Assembly: GCA_020854925.1 (NCBI GenBank) | Contig: JAHKLV010000093.1 | Span: 1 to 44,774 of the forward strand | Direction: 5' to 3' | Source of the DNA: Candidatus Methanofastidiosia archaeon | GTDB taxonomy: Archaea > Methanobacteriota_B > Thermococci > Methanofastidiosales > NM3 | DNA length: 44,774 nucleotides | In this document: piece after piece, positions 34,698 to 43,007 of the stretch | Layout of the letters: each line of letters opens with the position of its first letter | Numbering within the stretch: the first letter of the stretch is position 1 | Program-made: the position numbers and the translations under genes | The notes under the pieces: model-generated | Databases searched by the model: none | What the model saw: only the letters and a program-made list of their open reading frames with translations | What the model was told of the DNA's origin: nothing

Positions 34698-36358
34698 TGC
34701 CTACCTTGGAAATATCATGCAAAGACCTTTCACGGCTTCTCGGACGCACCGTGACCGTCGAGGAGCTCGACGACCTCATCCTGTATGCGAAGGGGGAGAT
34801 AGACGGCGTCGAGGGCGACACGGTGAAGGTGGACCAAAAGGACACGAATCGCCCGGACCTCTGGTCGACAGAGGGCATCGCCCGCCAGCTGCGCGGCATC
34901 CTGTCCCTTGAGACGGGGCTTCCCGACATCACGATAGAGGAAAGCGATGTCGAGATCTTCGTAGACCCCGCCCTAGCCGATGTCCGTCCGTACTGTGTCA
35001 ACGCCGTGGTGAAGGGCCTTGACATTGACGAGGCGTTCCTTTCCCAGATTATACAGCTTCAGGAGAAAGTGGCCCTCACGTATGGCCGCAAGCGCCGGGA
35101 GGTGGCGGTGGGCATCATCGACTACGACCGCATCGTGCCCCCCATCTACTATCGAGCAACGGGACCGGAGGAAAACGCCTTTGTCCCCCTGTCCTTTTCC
35201 GAGGCGCTCACGCCGAGCGAGATCCTCTCCCTGCACCCCAAGGGGCAGGAATATCGGCACCTTGTGGAGGGGCACGACGTCTACCCACTGCTTGTCGACT
35301 CGGAGGGCACGGTCCTTACCATGCCCCCCATCATCAACTCCGAGCACACGGGGAAAGTCACCACCGAGACGAAGAACGTGTTTGTGGATGTCACCGGTTA
35401 TGACATCGAGACACTCAAGACGGCGCTCAATGTCATCGTGTCTGCCTTTGCCGAGCGCGGGGCAACCATCTACAGCGTCACGGTCCACTACCCCGGAAGA
35501 AAGGAGCGCGTCCCCGACCTGACACCCCGGACGTTTTCCGTGAGCAAGGCATATGTACAAAAGACCCTTGGCATGGCGCTTGACGACCGCGACCTCGTGG
35601 CCCTCCTGGCCAAGATGCGTTACGACGCGTTTGTCGACGGCGACGACATCGTGGTCTCCTACGCACCCTACCGTGACGACATCATGCATGAAAACGACGT
35701 CCTTGAGGACCTGGCCATCGCATATGGGTATAACAGTATGGTGCCGGACGTACCCGACCTCTCGACAACGGGCAGGCTCCTTCCCCTTACGTCCCGTCTT
35801 CTCATCGCACGGGAGCTCATGGTGGGGCTGGGATACCAGGAAATCGTCACATTCACGCTCTCCAGCAGCGAGATGCTCTTTGAGCGCATGGGGGTCGCTC
35901 GACCGGACGATGTTGTGGAGATAGAGAATCCCGTGTCCGCATCCTGGTCGGTGCTGCGCCCCGCGCTTTTGCCTTCCCTCATGGCGTTTCTATCGAAAAA
36001 CACGCACAACGACTATCCTCAGACCGTCTTTGAGGTATCGGAGGCGGCCCGCATCGACGAGTCACAGGAAACGGGTGTCGAAAGCGCCTACCGTCTTGCC
36101 TTTGCCGCCTGCAGCGCAACGGCAACGTTCACCGAGGCGCGACAGGCACTTGACGCGTTCATGGCCAACTGCGGCATTGCCTTTGAGGTCAGGGGCATCG
36201 AGCACCCCTCCTTCTTGGAGGGAAGGGTCGGTGCCATCGTTGTCGACGGCATCGAGCGGGGAATCATCGGAGAGATACATCCCCGTGTTCTCGAGGCATG
36301 GGGCCTTGAGCATCCCGTCGCCGCCGTGGAGCTAGCGCTCGAGCGGCTCCTTGAATGA
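34697..36358 (+). CDS. pheT: Phenylalanine-tRNA ligase beta subunit (archaeal type)
   Basis: MPTLEISCKDLSRLLG..., B3/4 and B5 regions; TAATG overlap with pheS. Confidence 0.9.
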   Translation: MPTLEISCKDLSRLLGRTVTVEELDDLILYAKGEIDGVEGDTVKVDQKDTNRPDLWSTEGIARQLRGILSLETGLPDITIEESDVEIFVDPALADVRPYCVNAVVKGLDIDEAFLSQIIQLQEKVALTYGRKRREVAVGIIDYDRIVPPIYYRATGPEENAFVPLSFSEALTPSEILSLHPKGQEYRHLVEGHDVYPLLVDSEGTVLTMPPIINSEHTGKVTTETKNVFVDVTGYDIETLKTALNVIVSAFAERGATIYSVTVHYPGRKERVPDLTPRTFSVSKAYVQKTLGMALDDRDLVALLAKMRYDAFVDGDDIVVSYAPYRDDIMHENDVLEDLAIAYGYNSMVPDVPDLSTTGRLLPLTSRLLIARELMVGLGYQEIVTFTLSSSEMLFERMGVARPDDVVEIENPVSASWSVLRPALLPSLMAFLSKNTHNDYPQTVFEVSEAARIDESQETGVESAYRLAFAACSATATFTEARQALDAFMANCGIAFEVRGIEHPSFLEGRVGAIVVDGIERGIIGEIHPRVLEAWGLEHPVAAVELALERLLE

Positions 36359-37666
36359 GGAAAGCAGCATGTCAAGGGGGCCTATGTTGCCTGCCTCCTT
36401 GGCTTTTTCTGCCGTAAATCCTTGCTCTTTGGCCATCTGCTTTAAGAGGGCGTGCAGGCCGCTGCCGTACTGCATGGCCTTTTTCTTCCGTTCGCAGATT
36501 TCCATGGGCAGCCCTTCTCGTTCGGCAAGCTTGCGCAGCACTATCTTGTTCTTTGTCACGTTGATGCGCGCTAGCGTCTCTGTCGAGAGGACGACCGACG
36601 CCATACCGGGGGTGAGGTACGGCGTGGTGATGTGGCAGCCATTGGCGTGCGCTGCGAGCTGGTCGCGCTGGAGATTGGTGCGTCCGATGCGTCGGAGGTC
36701 CTCAAGCTGCATCTTCTCAAAAGCGGCGGGTGATTCCTTGTACGCTTCCTGATAGCGGTGATAGCCTCCGAAGAGCTCATCGGCCCCCTGCCCAGAAAAG
36801 ATGAGTCTTGTCTTTGCATGCTTGGATGCAAGGTAGGCGGGAAGGGCAAGCTCGAAGTCAAGGACAGAACACGACGGGCCGATGGCTTGTATGACGTCGC
36901 GGGCGATGTCGGCAACCACGTCCTCGTCGAGCTCGATGAGAGAAAGCGACGCACCCATCTCTTCCTCCATCTGGACGGCAAATGCGCAATCCTCTGCGAG
37001 GTCCGCGCCGATGGTGAGCAGGCAGACGTCGGCGTGTGAAAGGCTGAGCTTTGCCAGGAGCGCGCTGTCTATACCCCCTGAAAACATGATGGAAAAGGTC
37101 GGGGCATGCGCTGCTCTCCGCCCCAGGGCCGCGTCGAGTTCCGCGCGTATGCGGGGCAGGCTTTCATAAAAGTCGGTGCGGTGCTTGCCGAAGGAGAGCT
37201 TGGGCCGGCGGTATGTCTTCGTTACACGGCCCCGCTTGACGAGGATGGTGGAACCGTCCTCCATCTGGAGCTTTGGTGGCGCATCCTCGAATCCGCCAAG
37301 GGAAGTCGAGAAGCAAAAGGCAGGGTCCTTTTTTATGAAAAGCGGATACTTGCCGTAATAGTCACGTGAAAGGCACAGCTTCCCCTCCTCGAAGGCGGCT
37401 GCAACGTATTCCCCGTCGGCGGTGGCCGCGAGCGCGGAGAGCGCCTTGGCGGCATCTTCAACGGTCCCCTCCCGAAGGATGTCAAGCTGTTCATCCGAGT
37501 ACAGTACGCCGTAAAAGAATCCGTTGCCAAGGTAGGTGCCTTCTTTGCCAACGAGGGCCACACCGGGGTCGCGCACAAAGAGTTCGCGTTCACCACCTTC
37601 CTTCACGAGGGCCACAAGCGACTCAAGGTCCTCAAAGGAACCGAACGATCCGCACAGTCCTCCCAT
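36332..37666 (-). CDS. Asparagine synthase (AsnB)-related protein with short N-terminal domain
   Basis: PP-loop FSGGIDSALLA, SRDYYGKYPLF; the N-terminus MGGLCG places the Cys at position 5 rather than 2, so glutaminase activity is uncertain. Confidence 0.7.
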   Translation of the reverse strand: MGGLCGSFGSFEDLESLVALVKEGGERELFVRDPGVALVGKEGTYLGNGFFYGVLYSDEQLDILREGTVEDAAKALSALAATADGEYVAAAFEEGKLCLSRDYYGKYPLFIKKDPAFCFSTSLGGFEDAPPKLQMEDGSTILVKRGRVTKTYRRPKLSFGKHRTDFYESLPRIRAELDAALGRRAAHAPTFSIMFSGGIDSALLAKLSLSHADVCLLTIGADLAEDCAFAVQMEEEMGASLSLIELDEDVVADIARDVIQAIGPSCSVLDFELALPAYLASKHAKTRLIFSGQGADELFGGYHRYQEAYKESPAAFEKMQLEDLRRIGRTNLQRDQLAAHANGCHITTPYLTPGMASVVLSTETLARINVTKNKIVLRKLAEREGLPMEICERKKKAMQYGSGLHALLKQMAKEQGFTAEKAKEAGNIGPLDMLLSSFKEPLER

Positions 37667-37741
37667 GCCCTTAGGTGGGTTGCGGTCTATATATACTTTT
37701 TGAAAGTACCTATATTAAGGAAGACACCCTACACCTATGGC

Positions 37742-38017
37742 ATGAAGCAATGGATGCTCGTCCGTGTGGAGGGGAGGGTACAGGGCGTGTATTATCGGGA
37801 CTCCGCACGCACGGAGGCGAGAAGGCTTGGTGTCACGGGGTGGGTGCGCAACGTGCCAGATGGTTCTGTCGAGGCGCGGATAGAAGGTGACGCCGGCCAG
37901 CTTGACGGCATGCTCCGCTGGCTCAGGTCGGGGACCCCCGCTGCACGGGTCGATGCCGTCGTTGTCCGGGCACGTGGCGAAGGCGCTGTTCATGAGGCGT
38001 TTACTATCGAGCGGTGA
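37742..38017 (+). CDS. acyP: Acylphosphatase
   Basis: VRVEGRVQGVYYRDSARTEARRLGVTGWVRNVPDGSVEA, canonical acylphosphatase signatures. Confidence 0.85.
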   Translation: MKQWMLVRVEGRVQGVYYRDSARTEARRLGVTGWVRNVPDGSVEARIEGDAGQLDGMLRWLRSGTPAARVDAVVVRARGEGAVHEAFTIER

Positions 38018-38020
38018 GGC

Positions 38021-38344
38021 CTATTCTTCTGCGCACTTTTCTAGCTCGATGATGACATTCTTCGGAACGGCGAGGCCTGCCTCGACCTCTACGGCCTTGA
38101 GGATGGCGCACGGGACGGGACAGGCCATGTGTTTGATGCATTCCTTGGCCTTTCCGTACACTTTTGAGGTCTCATAGCCATTGTACAGGTCTTCTGCCGC
38201 ATTGACAATGCCAATGGAGAGCTTCTTTATATGGGCGCAGTCTGAGGTAACGGAAACATAGACATGCTCGGGTGCCACCTTCTTGGCTTCGATGAAGGTT
38301 ATGAACCCGCATGGCCCGGGGTCGACCTTTGCTCGTGTGGTCAT
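38021..38344 (-). CDS. Small Cys-containing hypothetical protein (107 aa)
   Basis: Clean ORF with 6 Cys (PGPCGF, SDCAHI, KECIKHMACPVPC, KCAEE); divergent from the redox cluster across the AT-rich region. Confidence 0.55.
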   Translation of the reverse strand: MTTRAKVDPGPCGFITFIEAKKVAPEHVYVSVTSDCAHIKKLSIGIVNAAEDLYNGYETSKVYGKAKECIKHMACPVPCAILKAVEVEAGLAVPKNVIIELEKCAEE

Positions 38345-38390
38345 GAACGAGCGTTTTCATCAACATTAATAAGGGTTCGTATCTTGAAAT

Positions 38391-38422
38391 GAATAATATT
38401 CAATATAAATAGAATAATATTC
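38391..38422. promoter_or_regulatory. Two copies of the palindrome GAATA-A-TATTC spaced 21 bp (candidate operator pair)
   Basis: GAATAATATTC at 38391-38401 and again at 38412-38422, immediately followed by TATA-like CTATATAAAAATA (38426-38438). Confidence 0.5.
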
Positions 38423-38485
38423 TTTCTATATAAAAATACACGTACATATGCAGTACTTATACACCTTGCCCCATATCTCCGACGA

Positions 38486-38499
38486 AAGTTTTTTATATT
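38486..38499 (+). promoter_or_regulatory. Candidate BRE/TATA (AAAGTTTTTTATATT) for the FAD-oxidase operon
   Basis: A-rich BRE plus TTTTATATT about 90 nt upstream of the TTG start; GAGGAGG SD at 38571-38577. Confidence 0.4.
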
Positions 38500-38584
38500 A
38501 CATTTTGAATGTTTGGGGCAACGGTAGTTATTCCATTATTATTTTTGATGACGCTACCGCATTAATCGAAGAGGAGGAAGAAAT

Positions 38585-40015
38585 TTGGTATCTGATCCAA
38601 AGATCTTAAAAGAACTTCAAGGGATTGTCGGCGAAGAGCACGCTACTTCTGATACGCACGTTATGTACGCGTATTCGTACGACATGTCCTTCGTCAAGAA
38701 TAGGCTGCCCGGCTATGTGGCCATGCCTAAGACTGTCGAGGAAGTCCAACAGATCATGAAGATGGCAAACCGAACAAAGACTCCCGTCATTCCGTACACC
38801 GCCGGTTCGAACATCGGCGGATTGTGTATCCCGGAAAAGGACGGAAGCATCGTCATGGACATGAAGCGGATGAACAAGATTATCCGTATCGACGAGGAGT
38901 CCCGGTTCGCCGTTGTCGAGCCCGGTGTGTCGCACGCCGAGCTTGCTGAAGAACTCTACAAGCGCGGTCTCCGCTTCGGATGGCCGGTCGGCCCACCATC
39001 CGCATCCGTCCTTTCATGTGCCATTTGTCACGGTATTGGCGGCATCACTGGCCGCTACGGTCTGAACAGCGAACAGATAACGAGCATGGAAGTAGTGCTC
39101 CCCACAGGTGAACTTACCCGTGTCGGTTCCTGCGCCATTCAGAAGGATGCTTGGCACTCGCTCCTACCCCTGCCGCTCGTCGGAGGTCTCTTTACTGGGT
39201 GGCTCGGTACTACCGGTGTCGTTACCAAGCTCGGTATCTTCACACCAGCCGTTCCACCGCACGTTGAGATTGTTACGACGGCTACGGACGACCTGCAGGA
39301 CATGTACAAGTATATGCTTGAGTTCTCCCGATACGAGGCTGCTGACGACCTTACGGCCGTGAGCTGGTGGCTTTCCCAGGTGCCTATACCGTATCCCTAC
39401 AAGGAAAAGCCGAAGGATGCTCCCGAATGGAACAGCTATGCTGTCCTGTACGCCTACACAGAGAAGGAACTTGAAGCGAAGGTCGAAATGTTCGAGCGGA
39501 CGGTCAAGAACCAGCAGAAGAACGGCAGCTCGCTCCAGGTTACCCAGTACCCTGAAGAGGCAAAGCGCGCCCGTACGGAGCTTCCGTCACAGATTGTCGG
39601 TTCCACAAAGAACTACTCCAAGCAGGCTGGTGGCGGCATTTCATGGCCGGGTACCTTTACCCCTGCAAACAAGTGGGTCCCTGTATGGGAAAAATGGAGA
39701 GAGATTTATAAAAAGAGGAATCTTTCCCCATCAGTCCGCGTGACCATGTACCGCGGAACGCACTATGGTATGCTTAGGGCCATGACCCCCATCAACAAGC
39801 AGTACCCGGACCAGGTAGAGAACTCGCGGATGGCCATTGTTGAAGCGCTGAAGGTGCTTCTCGATGAAGGAGGTATACCTTACAAGCCGCCTGTGGACTT
39901 TGCCAAGGAGATTTATTCACGTGCTGACCCAGGCTACGTTGACCTTATAAAGAAGGTTAAGGACTTCCTTGACCCGAACGAGATCATGAATCCCGGGAAG
40001 TTGTGGATTAGGTGA
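38585..40015 (+). CDS. FAD-linked oxidase/dehydrogenase, GlcD / D-lactate dehydrogenase-like
   Basis: 476 aa; FAD_binding_4 pattern (PKTVEEVQQIMKMANRTKTPVIPYTAGSNIGG..., MKRMNKIIRIDEESRFAVVEPGV); TTG start 8 nt after GAGGAGG. Confidence 0.8.
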   Translation: MVSDPKILKELQGIVGEEHATSDTHVMYAYSYDMSFVKNRLPGYVAMPKTVEEVQQIMKMANRTKTPVIPYTAGSNIGGLCIPEKDGSIVMDMKRMNKIIRIDEESRFAVVEPGVSHAELAEELYKRGLRFGWPVGPPSASVLSCAICHGIGGITGRYGLNSEQITSMEVVLPTGELTRVGSCAIQKDAWHSLLPLPLVGGLFTGWLGTTGVVTKLGIFTPAVPPHVEIVTTATDDLQDMYKYMLEFSRYEAADDLTAVSWWLSQVPIPYPYKEKPKDAPEWNSYAVLYAYTEKELEAKVEMFERTVKNQQKNGSSLQVTQYPEEAKRARTELPSQIVGSTKNYSKQAGGGISWPGTFTPANKWVPVWEKWREIYKKRNLSPSVRVTMYRGTHYGMLRAMTPINKQYPDQVENSRMAIVEALKVLLDEGGIPYKPPVDFAKEIYSRADPGYVDLIKKVKDFLDPNEIMNPGKLWIR

Positions 40016-41346
40016 TACAGATGGAATGGAACTTTAGGAACGTAGACGACGAGGGAGAACTCAACCTCAAGCACTTCTTCTGGAGGTGTACTGCGTGTGG
40101 TACCTGCCGTAGTGGTTACACGTACGGTCCGCCACCCACTTTCAGGAAAATCTGCCCACAGGGTGAGAAGTTCGGATACGAGGGATTCTTCGCTTCAAAG
40201 GGCAAGGCTGCCCTTGCCCGCTGGATGACCTCAGACCCCGTCCTCAAGAACGAGTTTGAATGGACCCCAGAGTACCTTAAGACCCTTTACACCTGTATCG
40301 GCTGTGCAGGATGCCAGAACCAGTGTCTTATCGACTTCAAGCCCCACATTATCGACACTATCGAGGCCATGAGGGCTAAGGCAGTCAATGACGGCGTCGG
40401 CCCACTTAAGGAGCACCACATCCTCATCACCTCAATGAAGAACAACGACAACCCCTACACCGGGCCTCGTTCCGTTCGTGCGAAGTGGATGAAGGGTCTC
40501 GAGGGCATCAAGGACATAAACAGCGAAAGCGCGCCTGTCCTGTACTTTGCCGGCTGCACGCCTGCATACAACGCCCCAGTGAAGAATCTTGCTCTCAAGA
40601 CCGTCAGCGTCTTCAACAAGATCGGCATCGACTACGGTTCACTCGGGAAGAAGGAACTGTGCTGCGGTTCCACCGTGCTCAGGCTTGGTGCCCGCGACGA
40701 GTTCAAGCGCATTGCTGAGAAGAACCTTGAGACCTTCAAGTACCTCCACGACGAGCGTGGTGTAGACACTATCGTCTCATCGTGTGCAGGCTGCTACCGG
40801 TCACTCCTTGAAGACTATTCGCTCTCAGAGGGATACAAGGACTACATGGACGGCATCAAGGTCATCCACACCGCCGACTTCCTGTACGACCTGTACAAGA
40901 AGGGCGAGTTCGAGCCGAAGAATGAGATCAAGATGAAGGTCACCTACCACGACCCCTGCCACCTTGGACGACATGTCAAGGAATGGATCATCGACTGGGA
41001 TGGCAAGGAGCAGTGGAAGGGTTCCTACATGGGTGTAGAGGATCACGGTACCTTCGAGTCGCCTCGTGAGCTCATCAAGGCAATCCCTGGTATCCAGTTT
41101 GAGGAGATGCGCCGCAACCAGAACAACTCGTACTGTTGCGGTTCCGGTGGCGGTGTCAAGACTGCCTTCCCCGACTGGGCTGCCGAGAACGCCGCGCTTC
41201 GCGTAGAGGAAGCAGAACAGACTGGTGCAGAAAAGATCATCACCTGCTGCCCGTTCTGCCACGCCAACCTCAACGACGGTGCCAAGGTGCGCAACTCGAC
41301 GCTTCGGACCATCGACCTTGTAGAGCTTCTTGATGAGGCTCTCTAA
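40012..41346 (+). CDS. HdrD/GlcF-like iron-sulfur protein (2x[4Fe-4S] plus two CCG domains)
   Basis: CTACGTC and CIGCAGCQNQC; CCG domains YFAGCTPAYN...ELCCGS and YHDPCHLGRH...SYCCGSGGG; start GTG 40012 or ATG 40021. Confidence 0.8.
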   Translation: MIQMEWNFRNVDDEGELNLKHFFWRCTACGTCRSGYTYGPPPTFRKICPQGEKFGYEGFFASKGKAALARWMTSDPVLKNEFEWTPEYLKTLYTCIGCAGCQNQCLIDFKPHIIDTIEAMRAKAVNDGVGPLKEHHILITSMKNNDNPYTGPRSVRAKWMKGLEGIKDINSESAPVLYFAGCTPAYNAPVKNLALKTVSVFNKIGIDYGSLGKKELCCGSTVLRLGARDEFKRIAEKNLETFKYLHDERGVDTIVSSCAGCYRSLLEDYSLSEGYKDYMDGIKVIHTADFLYDLYKKGEFEPKNEIKMKVTYHDPCHLGRHVKEWIIDWDGKEQWKGSYMGVEDHGTFESPRELIKAIPGIQFEEMRRNQNNSYCCGSGGGVKTAFPDWAAENAALRVEEAEQTGAEKIITCCPFCHANLNDGAKVRNSTLRTIDLVELLDEAL

Positions 41347-41385
41347 TCTTTTTTTCATTTTTTTCTTTTTTAGGAGGTTACACAA

Positions 41386-41724
41386 ATGGCTATACAGATA
41401 GAACCACTCAAATGCATCAACTGCGGCGCCTGCGAGCTTGGTTGCAGCTTTTACCGTGACGAGGTTTTCACCACCATGTCCGCATCCATCATGATGTACA
41501 GGGAGGAAAAGCGCAACTACTTCGGGCTCATGCTCAAGAAGGAGGAGGAAATGGTCCTCGGCAGGCCGGAGGGTGTAGAGGTCCAGAAGGACGGTGAATC
41601 GTCCGGTGAGGAGGAGGCCAACGCCTCAGCAAAGCCCATTCTCATGCGGGAGCCGTGCGACGAATGCAAGAACGCCATGTGCGTTCGTTTCTGCCCAACC
41701 GGCTGTTTGACAGAGGTGGACTAA
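41386..41724 (+). CDS. 4Fe-4S ferredoxin-domain protein with acidic insert
   Basis: CINCGACELGC and CDECKNAMCVRFCP; AGGAGG SD upstream. Confidence 0.7.
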   Translation: MAIQIEPLKCINCGACELGCSFYRDEVFTTMSASIMMYREEKRNYFGLMLKKEEEMVLGRPEGVEVQKDGESSGEEEANASAKPILMREPCDECKNAMCVRFCPTGCLTEVD

Positions 41725-42954
41725 ATGGATAACATGTACACTGAATATTATCTCGTCGTTGACCTTGCAACCGGTACGGCCGAGGAGATCGAGCTTGAGG
41801 AGGAATTCGTCCAGGAGTACGTGGGCGGAGCAAAGCTCAACATGGCCCTGTACGAGGAGCACAAGGACGGAGAACCCATCGTTCTCGGTACCGGCCTCTT
41901 CACCGGCACGCTTGTCCCCGGGTCCTGCCTTGGCGTCATCACAGCCAAGAGCCCCGTCACCGGAAAGGTTGCCCACGCCCCTTTTTCATGGGGAGCAGGC
42001 GCTGAACTCAAGCTTACCGGATACTCCTTTGTCGTCATCAAGAACGCCGCCGAGGCGCCGACGTACCTCTGGCTCCACGATGAGATTGCCGACTTCGTAG
42101 ATGCATCCGCCCTCTGGGGCAAGAACGTCTGGGACGCGGTAGACATTATCCGTGACGAGCAGGGAGAGGACAGGATCCAGGTTCTTTCCATCGGCAAGGC
42201 TGGCGAGAACAAGGTCACCACAGCCCAGATAGTGAACAACTACTGGGGAGACGGCGACCGGTTCGGATTTGGTGCCCTCTTCGGTGCCAAGAACCTGAAG
42301 GCCGTAGCCATGCGCGGCATGGGTGAGCTTGAGATCGACGACGCCGATGCATTCATCGAGAAGACCGAGGCGCTTCTCGGGGTTGTCAAGAAGCAGATTG
42401 CAGGAAAGTCCGGCTTTTCAGCACTCGACTTTGCAAATATCCCCGCAGCGCTCAAGGCAGCAGCCGAGAAGCAAATGCACCGTGTCGAGGCAGACTTCAA
42501 CAACCCCCTGCCATACAAGTTCTTCCTCAAGTACCGGGAGGACCCTACGACCATGGCTTCAACGAAGGTTGAGGAACCTGGCGTGCTCGTCTCCGACCCC
42601 ATCGGATACGCCGCCCTTGGTGCAGCTGTCGCCCCGGAGGATGCGGCAGAGGTCCTTGAGGCGTGCTTCAAGCTTGGGCTCAACCCCGTCGCTGTTGCAG
42701 GTAAGCTCACTGCCAAGGACAAGGCAGGTGCCATTGCAGAGCTCGAGAAGATGGCTGAATCGTCAAAGGCAGACGCATTTGACGCGGTCTTGAGTCCCTT
42801 CGCTCCAGCGAGCGAGCGCGCAGAAGCGGCATACATTGCCGGTATCTGCCCTGTGCTTGCCGCCGCGGCAGAGGCGCTCAACGCAGAGGCACTCGCAGAG
42901 CTTGCATCAATCGGCACTGGACTCGACTTTGATGCAGATGCTTTCAAACTGTAG
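41725..42954 (+). CDS. Aldehyde:ferredoxin oxidoreductase N-terminal-domain protein, truncated, lacking cluster ligands
   Basis: AFOR_N-like: GGAKLN...GTGLFTGTLVPGS...KSPVTG...ELKLTGYSFVVIKN...LWGKNVWD...IGKAGENKV...FGAKNLKAVAMRG. It is only 409 aa, has an Ala-rich C-half, only 3 Cys and no CxxCxxxC. Confidence 0.7.
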   Translation: MDNMYTEYYLVVDLATGTAEEIELEEEFVQEYVGGAKLNMALYEEHKDGEPIVLGTGLFTGTLVPGSCLGVITAKSPVTGKVAHAPFSWGAGAELKLTGYSFVVIKNAAEAPTYLWLHDEIADFVDASALWGKNVWDAVDIIRDEQGEDRIQVLSIGKAGENKVTTAQIVNNYWGDGDRFGFGALFGAKNLKAVAMRGMGELEIDDADAFIEKTEALLGVVKKQIAGKSGFSALDFANIPAALKAAAEKQMHRVEADFNNPLPYKFFLKYREDPTTMASTKVEEPGVLVSDPIGYAALGAAVAPEDAAEVLEACFKLGLNPVAVAGKLTAKDKAGAIAELEKMAESSKADAFDAVLSPFAPASERAEAAYIAGICPVLAAAAEALNAEALAELASIGTGLDFDADAFKL

Positions 42955-42990
42955 GAATCGTACTTTTTCGATTCCTTTTTTTTTCCTTTT
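42955..42990 (+). terminator. Hairpin (GAATCG-N8-CGATTC) followed by a T-run
   Basis: Read directly after the stop at 42954; followed by CTTTTTTTTTCCTTTTT. Confidence 0.4.
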
Positions 42991-43007
42991 TAAGGTGGAG
43001 TGGACGG

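Noticed and set aside
38345-38584. AT-rich repeat-bearing region as a possible replication origin (oriC)
   Set aside because: No Orc1/Cdc6 gene is adjacent. The repeats are short 11-bp palindromes, not ORB or mini-ORB elements (no TCCA-N-TGGA core with a G-string). The position between divergent genes, with TATA boxes and an SD, fits a promoter/operator region better.
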